NCBI GenBank assembly: GCA_963783145.1
Contig: CAWAMM010000011.1
Span: 271,436 to 335,435 of the forward strand
Source of the DNA: an uncultured delta proteobacterium
Lineage (GTDB): Bacteria; Desulfobacterota; Binatia; Binatales; Binataceae
Length of the DNA: 64,000 nt
Direction of reading: 5' to 3'
Each line of letters starts with the position of its first letter. Position 1 is the first letter of the stretch. Positions 20,796-30,426 of this stretch are shown piece after piece. The notes under the pieces were generated by a model. The model was not told the DNA's origin. It ran no database searches and saw only the letters and a program-made list of their open reading frames with translations. Made by a program: the position numbers and the translations under genes.

Positions 20796-21278
20796 ATGAA
20801 AGAAGAAATTCAGCGCAGCAAGAAACTCGAGGTTCCCGGCGATGCCATCGGGGTGCGGATTTTACTGGTCGAGGACAACCCGGATCACGCCTTCGTGGCG
20901 CTGACCGTCGCCCGCCAGGTGTTGGGCGAATGTATCGAGCTCATTCATGCCCAGAACGCCAATGAGGCGGTGGATTTGATCGGGCATTTCACCCCGGAAG
21001 ATCGCCCCGACCTTTTCATGGTCGATCTGCGCTTGCCCGATAATGGCGGGTTCTCGGTGATCTCGGCGGTGCGCGGCAGCCCCGCGTGCGAGAACGTGCC
21101 GCTGTTCGTAATCACCACCTCCGGGTATGACCGCGATATCGCGGAATGTTACGAATTGGGCGCTTCGGCGGTGTTATGCAAGCCGTTGTCGCGCGCCATT
21201 TTCCGGGAGGAAATCGCGCGGGTCGGATTGATTCCCGGCTCGGCAGGTAAGGCGCTCTACCTCACCGTTCGCCAATAA
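20796..21278 (+). CDS. Stand-alone response regulator receiver (Rcp1-like)
   Basis: ILLVEDN, DLRLP (phospho-Asp), TTS, KP. Confidence 0.85.
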   Translation: MKEEIQRSKKLEVPGDAIGVRILLVEDNPDHAFVALTVARQVLGECIELIHAQNANEAVDLIGHFTPEDRPDLFMVDLRLPDNGGFSVISAVRGSPACENVPLFVITTSGYDRDIAECYELGASAVLCKPLSRAIFREEIARVGLIPGSAGKALYLTVRQ

Positions 21279-21434
21279 TTCGCATTAGTTAGGATGCCGA
21301 GGATGGTCGCTAACGCGCCGCCTCGGCGCCTTTGTTTTCCCACCGCCGATCGGACTTCCTCTTCACTTCACGACGTACGCCAGCGTAGGATTCTCGTCAT
21401 CGTTCCGCGCTATTGCGCACGCGAGGATCTCATC

Positions 21435-22676
21435 GTGAAGCCGTATCAATTCACCCACAGTGAAGCCCTGTTCGAACGCGCGAAGAAAGTCGTCCCCGGC
21501 GGCATCTATGGACATCAGACACCGCTGCTGCTCACGCCTGGCTCGTATCCCTCGTTCTTCGCGCGCGGCAAGGGCGCGCACATCTGGGATGTCGATGGCA
21601 ACGAATACATCGACTATATGTGCTCGTACGGCCCCATCGTCGTCGGCCATCTCAACCAGCGCGTCGAGGAAGCGGTGCGCAAGCAGGCTGCCGAGGGCAA
21701 CTGCTTCAACGCGCCGACGCCGCGATGGGTCGAGCTCGCCGAGCGCCTCGTGGCGATGACACCGTTTGCCGATTGGGCGGCATTCGCGAAGAACGGCTCC
21801 GACGTATGCACCTGGGCGACCGAGGTCGCGCGGCATGCGACGGGGCGCCCTAAGATCGCGATGGCTGAGGGCGCGTATCATGGTGCGCACGCGTGGGTGA
21901 CGCCGGTTCCCAATGGCGTCACGCCCGAGGATCGCGCCAACATCGTGTACTTCCGCTACAACGATCTCGCGAGCCTCAAGCGCGTCGTCGAGGATAATCG
22001 CGGCAGGATGGCCGGGCTCATCATATCGCCGTTTCGCCACGACGCCGGTCACGATTCGGAGCTACCGGTCGAAGGATTCTTTAGCGGCGTGCGCAAAGTA
22101 TGTGACGACAACGGGATGGTCCTGATCCTCGATGACGTGCGCGCCGGCTTCCGCCTGCACATGGGCGGCTCGGGCGAGGTCTTCGGCGTGCGGCCTGATC
22201 TATCGACCTACTGCAAGGCCATCGCCAACGGCTATCCGCTCTCGGCGTGCATGGGCATCGACAGTCTGAAGAAAGCCGCCGCGGAGGTTTTCTTCACCGG
22301 ATCATATTTCACCAGCGCAGTGCCGATGGCGGCCGGCCTCGCAACACTTGACGAGCTGGAGGCAATCGGCGGCATCGACAAGATGCGGGCCCTGGGTGAA
22401 ATGCTGCGCGACGGGATGCTCGCGCAGGCGCGCAGTCACGGCATCGCGGTGACATGGTCAGGTCCGCCGGCGCTGCCGTACATGAGTTTCAAGGCCGATG
22501 CTGACAAACATTCGCGCAACAAGCTTTTCTGCGGCGAGGCAGCAAAGCACGGAGTCTATCTACATCCGCGTCACAACTGGTTCCTATCGGCAGCGCATAC
22601 TGAGGAAGACATCAAGCGCACGCTGGAGGTGACGGATGAGGCTTTTGGGGCGGTGAAGAAACAGTTCGGAGAGTGA
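21435..22676 (+). CDS. Class III PLP aminotransferase, glutamate-1-semialdehyde aminomutase-like
   Basis: WDVDGNEYIDY, ILDDVRAGFR, KAIANGYPL; start GTG 21435 after GAGGA. Confidence 0.85.
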   Translation: MKPYQFTHSEALFERAKKVVPGGIYGHQTPLLLTPGSYPSFFARGKGAHIWDVDGNEYIDYMCSYGPIVVGHLNQRVEEAVRKQAAEGNCFNAPTPRWVELAERLVAMTPFADWAAFAKNGSDVCTWATEVARHATGRPKIAMAEGAYHGAHAWVTPVPNGVTPEDRANIVYFRYNDLASLKRVVEDNRGRMAGLIISPFRHDAGHDSELPVEGFFSGVRKVCDDNGMVLILDDVRAGFRLHMGGSGEVFGVRPDLSTYCKAIANGYPLSACMGIDSLKKAAAEVFFTGSYFTSAVPMAAGLATLDELEAIGGIDKMRALGEMLRDGMLAQARSHGIAVTWSGPPALPYMSFKADADKHSRNKLFCGEAAKHGVYLHPRHNWFLSAAHTEEDIKRTLEVTDEAFGAVKKQFGE

Positions 22677-22738
22677 GCGAGTCGCGGCGGCGACAGATTG
22701 TTCGTACCTGTGCTAGATCTATCATCGGAGCGCGGAGC

Positions 22739-22966
22739 TTGGAAAAGAACGTCCAGAAGTTTTCCGTCATCGTGGAGCGCGAAGACGGCTGGTATATCGC
22801 CGAATGTCCTGCCCTGCCCGGGTGCGTTTCGCAGGGTCGCACCCTGGACGAGGCGCTCAAAAACATCCGCGAAGCGATCGAGCTCAGTCTCGAAACGCGT
22901 GCGGCACACAAGATTGGAAGTCGCCGAAAGACGTTCGAAATCGAAGTTCAGCAAGCAGCTGAATGA
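22739..22966 (+). CDS. hicB: HicB-family antitoxin
   Basis: ECPALPGCVSQGRTLDEALKNIREAIEL; likely TTG start at 22739. Confidence 0.9.
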   Translation: MEKNVQKFSVIVEREDGWYIAECPALPGCVSQGRTLDEALKNIREAIELSLETRAAHKIGSRRKTFEIEVQQAAE

Positions 22967-23184
22967 ATCGGTTGCCGGCTTGTTCGGGCACGAGAGCAAT
23001 TCGCGCATTCGAACGTGCAGGGTGGAGGCGCGATCGTCAAAAAGGCGATCATGTGTCGCTGATCAAAGCAGGTTCATCGCGGGTGCTCACCGTCCCACTG
23101 CACAAAGAACTCGCAACTGGAACGCTACGCCGCCTGATTCGTGATGCGGGACTGACCGTCGAAGAATTCGTCAAAAAACTCTGA
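22963..23184 (+). CDS. hicA: HicA-family mRNase toxin
   Basis: RQKGDH, TVPLHKELATGTLRRLIRDAGL; ATGA overlap with hicB. Confidence 0.92.
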   Translation: MNRLPACSGTRAIRAFERAGWRRDRQKGDHVSLIKAGSSRVLTVPLHKELATGTLRRLIRDAGLTVEEFVKKL

Positions 23185-23211
23185 ACAACTCTTTGCTGCG
23201 CGATCATCGCA

Positions 23212-23859
23212 CTACGAGTTGATTGCGATGCCGCGGACAAACAGGTCCAGCACTGCGTCGAACACCTTGCGCGGACTGCTGCCCTTCGCCCATTGCGGAA
23301 AGTGGCCGTCGATGTACATCCGCGCCACACCATAGGCCGTCGCGCGCGCCGCCAGCGCAATCTCGCCGATACGGTCCCCTCGCAACAGGCTACCCTCGCG
23401 CGCTTCGTTCAGCACGTCATCCATTAACGCGCGGATTTTTTCGTTGTCGGGACCGAGGGAGGCCGAGGCTTCATAGTCGATGAGCTTGCGGTTCGAGACG
23501 ATTGCGAATTGGGTCGGATGCGCGATGACCCATCGCATGTAGGCGGTGCCCAGCGCGCGAAACCGTTCGATAGGGCCGGCACTTCGATGGCGCGCGAGCT
23601 CGTCCTTCATTGCCTCGAGCAGCAGTCGGGTTGCCTGTTCCGCGACCGCGGTCAGCAGCGCGGTCCGAGTCGGAAAGTGACGAAACGGCGCGCCCGATGA
23701 AACCCCAACGCGCTTGGCGGCTTCGCGCACGCTGACCTTCTCGACTCCGCGCTCCTCGATCAGTTTGACCGTTGCGTTGACCAGCGCCTCTTTCAAATTG
23801 CCGTGGTGATAGCGGGGACGTTTGACCGGCGCGGGCCGTTTGACAACACGAAGGCGCAT
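23212..23859 (-). CDS. TetR-family regulator
   Basis: YHHGNLKEAL, SVREAAKRVGVSSGAPFRHF. Confidence 0.92.
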   Translation of the reverse strand: MRLRVVKRPAPVKRPRYHHGNLKEALVNATVKLIEERGVEKVSVREAAKRVGVSSGAPFRHFPTRTALLTAVAEQATRLLLEAMKDELARHRSAGPIERFRALGTAYMRWVIAHPTQFAIVSNRKLIDYEASASLGPDNEKIRALMDDVLNEAREGSLLRGDRIGEIALAARATAYGVARMYIDGHFPQWAKGSSPRKVFDAVLDLFVRGIAINS

Positions 23860-23890
23860 GTCGGCGATCCTACCAGACCTTGCAGCGACA

Positions 23891-23951
23891 ATGTAAGCGC
23901 TGGGTACATCTCTTGACCGCCGCGCACCGTCGATGTAAGCATTGCTTATTT
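23891..23951. promoter_or_regulatory. Two TetR-type operators, consensus ATGTAAGC-N3-GCTTACAT
   Basis: ATGTAAGCgctGGGTACAT (23891-23909) and ATGTAAGCattGCTTATTT (23933-23951) between divergent tetR and DUF2147. Confidence 0.7.
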
Positions 23952-23978
23952 CAACGAGTTGCCTATCAGGAGGCTCCT

Positions 23979-24380
23979 ATGAAACTTGCACTGTTTGCCC
24001 TGCTGTTCGTTCTGGCGGCGTCGCCCGCATATGCGCTGACGGGCCGATGGATCACGCAAAGCGGCAACCTCGAAATCGAGATCGCACCGTGCGGCGACGC
24101 CTTATGCGGCACCGCGGTGAAAGTTCTCGCCAACCATTCGATGAGCAATGCGAATGTCGAAATGGGGAACAGCGCCGCGCCTGCGCTCGGGTTAAAGGTG
24201 CTGCTGGATTTCGTTTCCGATGGCGACAACCGCTGGTCTGGTCACATCTACAATCGCGAGAACGGCAAGACCTATCGATGCCGGATGAGTCTCCTCAGTT
24301 CCGGCGATCTGGAAGTCCGCCCTTACATCGGTCTCCCGCTTTTCGGCCAAACTCAGGTCTGGCGCCGCGCCTTCGACTAG
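23979..24380 (+). CDS. DUF2147 secreted protein
   Basis: Signal peptide; GRW, PCGDALCG, WSGHIYNRENGKTY, GQTQVWRR; AGGAGG RBS. Confidence 0.85.
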   Translation: MKLALFALLFVLAASPAYALTGRWITQSGNLEIEIAPCGDALCGTAVKVLANHSMSNANVEMGNSAAPALGLKVLLDFVSDGDNRWSGHIYNRENGKTYRCRMSLLSSGDLEVRPYIGLPLFGQTQVWRRAFD

Positions 24381-25789
24381 ATTTCCGGCCACTTGTCGTT
24401 CCAGGGCCGCGCCTGCTCGTACGCATACGATGCCTGCAGCACCAGGTCGTCGCGATGACGCTCCGCTACAATCTGTAGGCCGCAGGGCAGGCCGCTATCG
24501 GTAAATCCGGCGCGCACCGAGGCCGCGGGGTGCCCGCTCAGGTTGATCGGATAGGTGAATACCACCGCCTCGAGTGGGCTCTCGAGCTTTTTGCCGTCGA
24601 TTTCGCTAGGCATCGGCCCCCTGGCGGGAAATGCTTCAGTCGGTAGCGTCGGAGTGAGCAGCAGATCGAAGCGCTCGAAGATGCCGCGCATCCATTCGTT
24701 GAATTTGAGCCGCGTGCGGTAGGCCTCGCCGTAATGGCGCCAGGTCAAATGCTTTGCCGCTTCGGTACCGCTCAGAAACGCGCGCCCGAATTCACTCCGA
24801 TGCGGATCGATGTATTCCCACAGCATCGCGAGACCCTGCCCTCCGCCGACCCGCTGCCACGCGTTCCCCGTCTCCGGCGGCTTGTCCGTAATGATGCTGA
24901 CCTCATGCCCCATATCCTTGAAGACTGCGACCGCCTTTTCCACTTCGCGGGCCACGTCATGCTGCACGATGTGGCCGAAGTCGGGATGGAACGCGATGCG
25001 TAATTTCTTCGGCAGCCGATCGAGCATCGCGGCGTAGGAGATCCCCGGATGCGGCAACGAATCCGGATCGACCGGATGATACCCCATCGCGACATCCATG
25101 AAGATCGCCGTATCCCGCACCGTACGCGTCAGCGCGCCGACGACCGCGGTGTCATTCCACTGCTGCATTCCGAGCGAGGGATTATTCGGGATGCGGCCGA
25201 ACGACGGCTTGAGCCCGAAGCATCCGACGTAGCACGCGGGGATGCGAATCGAGCCGCCGCCATCGGAGCCGGTCGCGAGCGGCACCACGCCTCCCGCGAT
25301 CGCCGCGGAACTTCCGCCCGAGGATCCGCCCGGTGTGCGCTCGAGGTTCCACGGATTGCGCGTAGGCCCGAACAGCACATTCTTGGTGAAGGCGGTATAG
25401 CCGAATTCGGGCGCGTTGGTTTTCCCGATCACGATCGCGCCGGCCGCCTTGAGTCTCGCGACCTGCACCGAATCTTCCTTGGGGATCAGATTTTTGAACG
25501 GCACCGAACCATGCGTCGTCGGCAACCCCGCCACATCTTCGAGGTCCTTGACTCCGAGTGGCAATCCGGCGAGCGGTCCGACTGCTTCCTTGCGCGCGAT
25601 TTTCTCATCCATCGCGCGCGCCTCGGCCAGCGCCTGATCGCTGCGCAGGGCGACGAACGCGTTGAGCTTCGGATTGGTCGCCTCGATGCGCTCGATAGTC
25701 GCCGCCATCAACTCACTCGGCTTGAGCTCGCGGCGTCGAATCATCGCAGCAAGTTCATAGGCTGGTTTGAAATGCAGATCGGCCGGCAT
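24377..25789 (-). CDS. Amidase-signature family enzyme
   Basis: GVKDL, GGSSGGS, GSDGGGSIRIPA. Confidence 0.93.
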   Translation of the reverse strand: MPADLHFKPAYELAAMIRRRELKPSELMAATIERIEATNPKLNAFVALRSDQALAEARAMDEKIARKEAVGPLAGLPLGVKDLEDVAGLPTTHGSVPFKNLIPKEDSVQVARLKAAGAIVIGKTNAPEFGYTAFTKNVLFGPTRNPWNLERTPGGSSGGSSAAIAGGVVPLATGSDGGGSIRIPACYVGCFGLKPSFGRIPNNPSLGMQQWNDTAVVGALTRTVRDTAIFMDVAMGYHPVDPDSLPHPGISYAAMLDRLPKKLRIAFHPDFGHIVQHDVAREVEKAVAVFKDMGHEVSIITDKPPETGNAWQRVGGGQGLAMLWEYIDPHRSEFGRAFLSGTEAAKHLTWRHYGEAYRTRLKFNEWMRGIFERFDLLLTPTLPTEAFPARGPMPSEIDGKKLESPLEAVVFTYPINLSGHPAASVRAGFTDSGLPCGLQIVAERHRDDLVLQASYAYEQARPWNDKWPEI

Positions 25790-25996
25790 AGTTCGTATCC
25801 TCAAAGAAATGTTGATATCGCCAGAGTCTTACTACGAAGCCTGGAAAATTAGAACGAAAGCGGGCGACCATGCTCTGACCGAGAGAATTGTCGCCAAATC
25901 CGATAGACCGTGGCCCCTCTTCACGATATTTTCGCTCCACACGGCTCCCGTTCGTTTTAGAACCGCTTCGCGAGCAGAGCGCGGCCGCAAAACTCC

Positions 25997-28900
25997 ATGA
26001 CCCTTAACGGTGAGCCAGACCAGACACATGTACCGGGTTCGTTTGTCGGACGCGCCCGCGAATTGGCGGAATTGCACGCCGGGCTCGAAGGAGCCGTCGC
26101 TGGGCGAGGCGGATCGTTTCTGATCTCCGGCGAACCCGGAATCGGAAAGACCCGGCTTGCGGAGGAAGTGGCCGCGACAGCGCGTGCGCGCGGGACACGT
26201 GTATTATGGGGCCGCTGCTGGGAGGGCGGCGGAGCACCGGCCTATTGGCCGTGGATCCAGGTGATTCGAGGATGCCTCGGCGCGGCAGACTTGGCGGAGC
26301 GCCGCTCAGTGCTCGAGTCGGAACACGCATCTGCGGTGGTCGAAACCGTCGGCCAGCTCGTTCCGGAGCTTTATGCAACCGCAGGACGGGCCGGCAAACC
26401 CCCGGTCACTTCGCGCCTTGATCCGGAGCAAGCGCGCTTTCGGCTGTTCGATTCGGTCGCGACTCTACTCAAGGAATTCGCGCGTCGTGGACCGCTGGTG
26501 ATCGTGCTTGATGATTTGCACGAAGCGGACCTCTCGTCACTGACGATGCTGCGTTTCGTCGCGCGCGAAATTACCCCCTCTAACGTCTTCATTATCGGCA
26601 CCTATCGCGAGCTCGAAGTTCAACGATCTTCCGAGCTGAGCCAACACTTCGCTGACCTGAGTCGCGAGGCTCGCGTGCTCCCGTTGACGGGTCTGAGCCG
26701 GGCCGAGGTTGCACAGTTCTATGGGTTCAATGCGGGGCAAGCTCCGGATGATGATCTGGTGTCGCGGCTGCACGCCGCGACTGCCGGCAACCCACTGTTC
26801 GTCGATGGGGTGGTCCGCATAATGATTGCGGACCGCGATGCCGGCCTAAAAGCTGTATCTTCGAATCAGTTCAAGATCCCCAACACGCTGCGCGAGGGAA
26901 TTCATCGCCGGTTGGCGTCGATATCGGCGGAGACCCGCTCGCTGCTGGATGTCGCCGCAACAATCGGCAATGAATTTCAAGCGGAGCTGTGCCTGGGGGT
27001 CGCAAACATTTCGCGCGAGCAGCTCAATTCGCGGCTCGATGAGGCGGTGGCCGCAGGAATCGTGGCGCGGCTCGATCAAGGCAGCTGCCGATTTGTGCAT
27101 GCCTTGATTCGCGCGGCGGTGCATGAGGCGCTCGACACCAACACGCGGCTTCGAATTCATGGCATGATCGCCGCAGCCCTCGAAGAGAAACACGCGGGCA
27201 ATTTGCAGGGTCACCTAGCGGAACTGGCGCACCACTTCTGGGAGGCCGGCATATCGGAGAAGGCAATTAAATACTCGCGCCGCGCCGCCAAAGCAGCCAA
27301 CGCGGTTTTCGCCTACGGGGTCGCGGCCGCGCACTGGCGTCAGGCTTTGGCGCTGACTGAAGGTCAGAACGACGCGCGCAGGGCCGATCTGCTTTTTGGC
27401 CTCGGTTGGGTCGCGGCCTTCCATCTCGACTCCGCCGAAGGCGTCGCAAACCTCGAAGCGGCGCTGCACCTTTACCGGGAATTGCAGGATGCGGAGAAGG
27501 TTGCGGTCGCAAACGCGATGTTGGGCCTCGCCATCGCAGCCCATCCCGAATACTCGCCAGGAATGAACATTCCGCGCGCGCTGGAACATTTCCGCCAGGC
27601 TCTGGAGTGGAAAGGGGACTGGACCGATCTCGGAACCCTGGGATGGCTTCATCAAGGCATGGCGATCGCCCTCCACCAGGCGGTGCGTATCGACGAAGGA
27701 CTCGAGGCCGTCAAGCAGGCGAGGCAAGCATTCGAGCGAGATTCCAACCCGGCGTGGATGGTATCCACCTCGGTTCACGCCCAGCTCCTTACGATCAAAG
27801 GAAGGCATCGGGAGGCGGCCGCCCTGTTCGACGAGGTCGGAGATATCGTGCAGGATGTCGCGGACCCGGAGGTCTTTCGGTCTTCCCGGTGGTACGCGGG
27901 TTGGTGTCGAATGCTGCTGCGCGATCCCATCGAGGCGAAGCGATTGTATACCGCCGGAATGGATCGGCCGGGCCTTTCGCCTTTTCAACGCGAGCGTCAT
28001 TTCGAGTTTCTTGCGCTTACCGAACTCCTGATGGGAGACCTTTCCCGCGCAAAAACACTCGCGGCTGAACATAGGGTCAACCCAACCTTTCGAGCGTCGA
28101 TCGCGTTCCGGGAAGGAAATTGGGAAACCGCCATTCGAATCTATCAGGGCGTAATAGAATGGACGCGGCGAACCGGTTACCGCTGGGACGAGGCCAATTG
28201 TCTGTCGATTCTGTTTGACGTGATTCGCGTCAGCGGAGACCTCGAACGAGCCACCGAGGTTTTTCGGCAAGCCCTCCGATCCTACGACCCCGGCGTTCTG
28301 CTCTTCGAGATGAACACTCGGCCACAAGGGGTGCTGCTCGCGCTGGAGGCGGGTCGGCACGACGAGGCGATCGAACATCTGACGGTATGCCGCGCGATCC
28401 TTGCGCAAGGTGAGGACTGGCTCGGCCGCGCCGGCCTGGTCGCGCGCGCCGAGGGCGCGCTGGCCGCCGCCGAGGGCCGAGACTTCGCGACTCACTTCGA
28501 AAAGGCGATCGCGATCTTCCAGCGGTACTGCATGCCCTGGGAAGATGCCGACACTCTGTACCAGTGGGGAATCGCGTTGAACGGCGCCGGGGAGAACTCA
28601 CACGCGAACGAGAAGTTCGACGCCGCCATTGAAATCTATCGACGTCACGGAGGGGGTCAACGTTGGATCGATCGCGTGGAAGTTGCCCGACCGGCCGCTG
28701 CTCGAGGATCTGGAGAACCTGCGCTGGCCGCGTTCGCCCCCGCGGTCTTCAAGCGAGAGGGCGATTTCTGGGCCATTACGCATGAGGGAAAAACCTCTCG
28801 TCTCCGCAACTTGAAAGGCTTGTCTTACATCGCACATCTCCTTGCGCATCCCGGCATCCGCCTTCACGTCTGCGACCTGGTCGCGATGGTCGAAGGTGGC

Positions 28901-29338
28901 GGGGTTGATGTTCCCACGGCGTCACTCGAACAAGTGCGCGCCGACGGGCTCGAACCTGAACGTGATCTCGGCGACGCGGGAGAGACCCTCGACGCGCAAG
29001 CGATATCGGCATATCGGCGCCGCTCGAGGGAGCTGCGCGAGGAGCTCGCGGAGGCCGAGAGGAACCACGACTCCGGAGCACTCGACCGCGCAGGCCGCGA
29101 GCTGGAGCAGCTAACCGGCCAGCTAAGCGCCGGGGTTGGACGGGGCGGTCGCGCCCGTAGAACTTCATCCCACGTCGAAAGGGCGCGCGCGCTGGTGACG
29201 AAGAACATTCGGGCCGCCGTCGAACGGATCCGGGACAACGACGTGAAACTTGGCGACCACCTCGCGGCCAACATCCGAACCGGCGCGTTCTGCGCCTATC
29301 TGCCCGATTTGGAAAGTAGTCTGTTCTGGCGAACGTGA
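25997..29338 (+). CDS. STAND/MalT-like AAA ATPase with TPR region and C-terminal putative DNA-binding domain
   Basis: FVGRARE, Walker A GEPGIGKT, Walker B VLDDLH, helical repeats, C-terminal FKREGDFW...KGLSYIAHLL...ERAR...IRTGAFCAY domain. Confidence 0.82.
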   Translation: MTLNGEPDQTHVPGSFVGRARELAELHAGLEGAVAGRGGSFLISGEPGIGKTRLAEEVAATARARGTRVLWGRCWEGGGAPAYWPWIQVIRGCLGAADLAERRSVLESEHASAVVETVGQLVPELYATAGRAGKPPVTSRLDPEQARFRLFDSVATLLKEFARRGPLVIVLDDLHEADLSSLTMLRFVAREITPSNVFIIGTYRELEVQRSSELSQHFADLSREARVLPLTGLSRAEVAQFYGFNAGQAPDDDLVSRLHAATAGNPLFVDGVVRIMIADRDAGLKAVSSNQFKIPNTLREGIHRRLASISAETRSLLDVAATIGNEFQAELCLGVANISREQLNSRLDEAVAAGIVARLDQGSCRFVHALIRAAVHEALDTNTRLRIHGMIAAALEEKHAGNLQGHLAELAHHFWEAGISEKAIKYSRRAAKAANAVFAYGVAAAHWRQALALTEGQNDARRADLLFGLGWVAAFHLDSAEGVANLEAALHLYRELQDAEKVAVANAMLGLAIAAHPEYSPGMNIPRALEHFRQALEWKGDWTDLGTLGWLHQGMAIALHQAVRIDEGLEAVKQARQAFERDSNPAWMVSTSVHAQLLTIKGRHREAAALFDEVGDIVQDVADPEVFRSSRWYAGWCRMLLRDPIEAKRLYTAGMDRPGLSPFQRERHFEFLALTELLMGDLSRAKTLAAEHRVNPTFRASIAFREGNWETAIRIYQGVIEWTRRTGYRWDEANCLSILFDVIRVSGDLERATEVFRQALRSYDPGVLLFEMNTRPQGVLLALEAGRHDEAIEHLTVCRAILAQGEDWLGRAGLVARAEGALAAAEGRDFATHFEKAIAIFQRYCMPWEDADTLYQWGIALNGAGENSHANEKFDAAIEIYRRHGGGQRWIDRVEVARPAAARGSGEPALAAFAPAVFKREGDFWAITHEGKTSRLRNLKGLSYIAHLLAHPGIRLHVCDLVAMVEGGGVDVPTASLEQVRADGLEPERDLGDAGETLDAQAISAYRRRSRELREELAEAERNHDSGALDRAGRELEQLTGQLSAGVGRGGRARRTSSHVERARALVTKNIRAAVERIRDNDVKLGDHLAANIRTGAFCAYLPDLESSLFWRT

Positions 29339-29366
29339 TCGTGCCCGATCCGCCTTAATTCCGGAC

Positions 29367-29381
29367 GTTACAATTTGTAAC
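29367..29381. promoter_or_regulatory. Palindrome GTTACAA-T-TTGTAAC upstream of cupredoxin gene
   Basis: Perfect 7-bp inverted repeat in the short intergenic gap. Confidence 0.5.
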
Positions 29382-29443
29382 CCCCGTTTTCCCGCCTGAA
29401 GCGATGAAGCAGTGTAAACATTCGCGATTCGGGGAGTTCTGTC

Positions 29444-30265
29444 GTGAAAGAGACTTCTGTCTTTTCGAGATGGGTTTGCGGGATGATCGTGGCCGCTTGT
29501 GCGACCATCGCGCTGATCGGTTCGACCACACATGCGCAAACCGGTGGGGAGGATGATCAGTCAGCCGAGGTGGTAGCGGGCAAAAAGGTCCCGCCTCCTC
29601 CGCCTCCGCCACCACTTCAGATTGGCGGTTCCTGGACCGGAACTATTCAGGACAGCCAACAAGGGGCCGGCACCATCAGCTTTACATTCACGGAAAAAGC
29701 CTCGTCAAAGACCAAATCAACATTGAAAGGAAGCTGGAGCGCGAGTTTTCCAGCCACGGCGTCCTCCGCCGCGTCGACCGACACCGGCACCCAAACCGGC
29801 TCCGTAACCGCCACCTCTCTTGCGATCACCTTGACCCCCAAAAAAGGGGACAAATTGAACTGCAAATTGGTCTTCAACAGTATCGAGGCGACCGCGGCGA
29901 ACATCAGCGGGACCTATCGCTTCTCGGGCGCCTGCAAGCCAAAAAATAGCGGAACCGTGGCTATCCAATTGGTGCCCCAGGTCGTGACTCCTTCGGTCGT
30001 TATTGAAGATGATTTCTTCTCGCCCGCCAACCTGGCAATTAGCGCGGGGCAGACCGTGCGCTGGACTAACAACGGCGGCGAGCCGCATACGGTTACCAGC
30101 AATCCCGGGCCCGAGAAATGCGGGCCGACCTCAGCCGAAGCGTTCGCATCGTCAACGATGAACCACAACGCTACTTTCGAGCATACGTTTAACAGTTCAG
30201 GCACCTTCGCCTATCACTGCGAGGTGCATGGCTGCCCGATGAACGGTACCATCACGGTGAAGTAG
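29444..30265 (+). CDS. Secreted protein with C-terminal plastocyanin-like cupredoxin domain
   Basis: Signal peptide, Pro8 tract, FSPANLAI..GQTVRWTN..PHTV and YHCEVHGCPM (His/Cys/His/Met type-1 Cu ligands). Confidence 0.85.
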   Translation: MKETSVFSRWVCGMIVAACATIALIGSTTHAQTGGEDDQSAEVVAGKKVPPPPPPPPLQIGGSWTGTIQDSQQGAGTISFTFTEKASSKTKSTLKGSWSASFPATASSAASTDTGTQTGSVTATSLAITLTPKKGDKLNCKLVFNSIEATAANISGTYRFSGACKPKNSGTVAIQLVPQVVTPSVVIEDDFFSPANLAISAGQTVRWTNNGGEPHTVTSNPGPEKCGPTSAEAFASSTMNHNATFEHTFNSSGTFAYHCEVHGCPMNGTITVK

Positions 30266-30378
30266 GCCTTCCTTTCGCGGGCATCGCCCTGACCCCACCG
30301 TGAGTCAGGGCGGTGCGTCACGCGCCAGCGCTTGCGACAGATCCGCCGATGTCGTAACAACCCTCCGACGTGCGCGAG

Positions 30379-30407
30379 TTGACTACCTAACATCCGTTAG
30401 GTAGATT
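30379..30407 (+). promoter_or_regulatory. Sigma-70 promoter with overlapping TetR operator
   Basis: TTGACT-N17-TAGATT; perfect inverted repeat CTACCTAAC-N4-GTTAGGTAG at 30383-30404. Confidence 0.8.
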
Positions 30408-30426
30408 CGGAGGGCAGAGACAATCG

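Noticed and set aside
21435-22676. hemL assignment
   Set aside because: No hem genes nearby and sequence is divergent; treated as a paralogue of unknown substrate
27215-28495. 426-aa minus-strand ORF
   Set aside because: Antisense to the STAND ATPase gene; no recognisable domain
25997-29338. Avs-type antiphage STAND system
   Set aside because: No N-terminal nuclease, TIR or SIR2 effector; architecture fits MalT-like regulators
30281-30316. Hairpin after the cupredoxin gene as a terminator
   Set aside because: Good stem but no U tract on either strand; function unsupported
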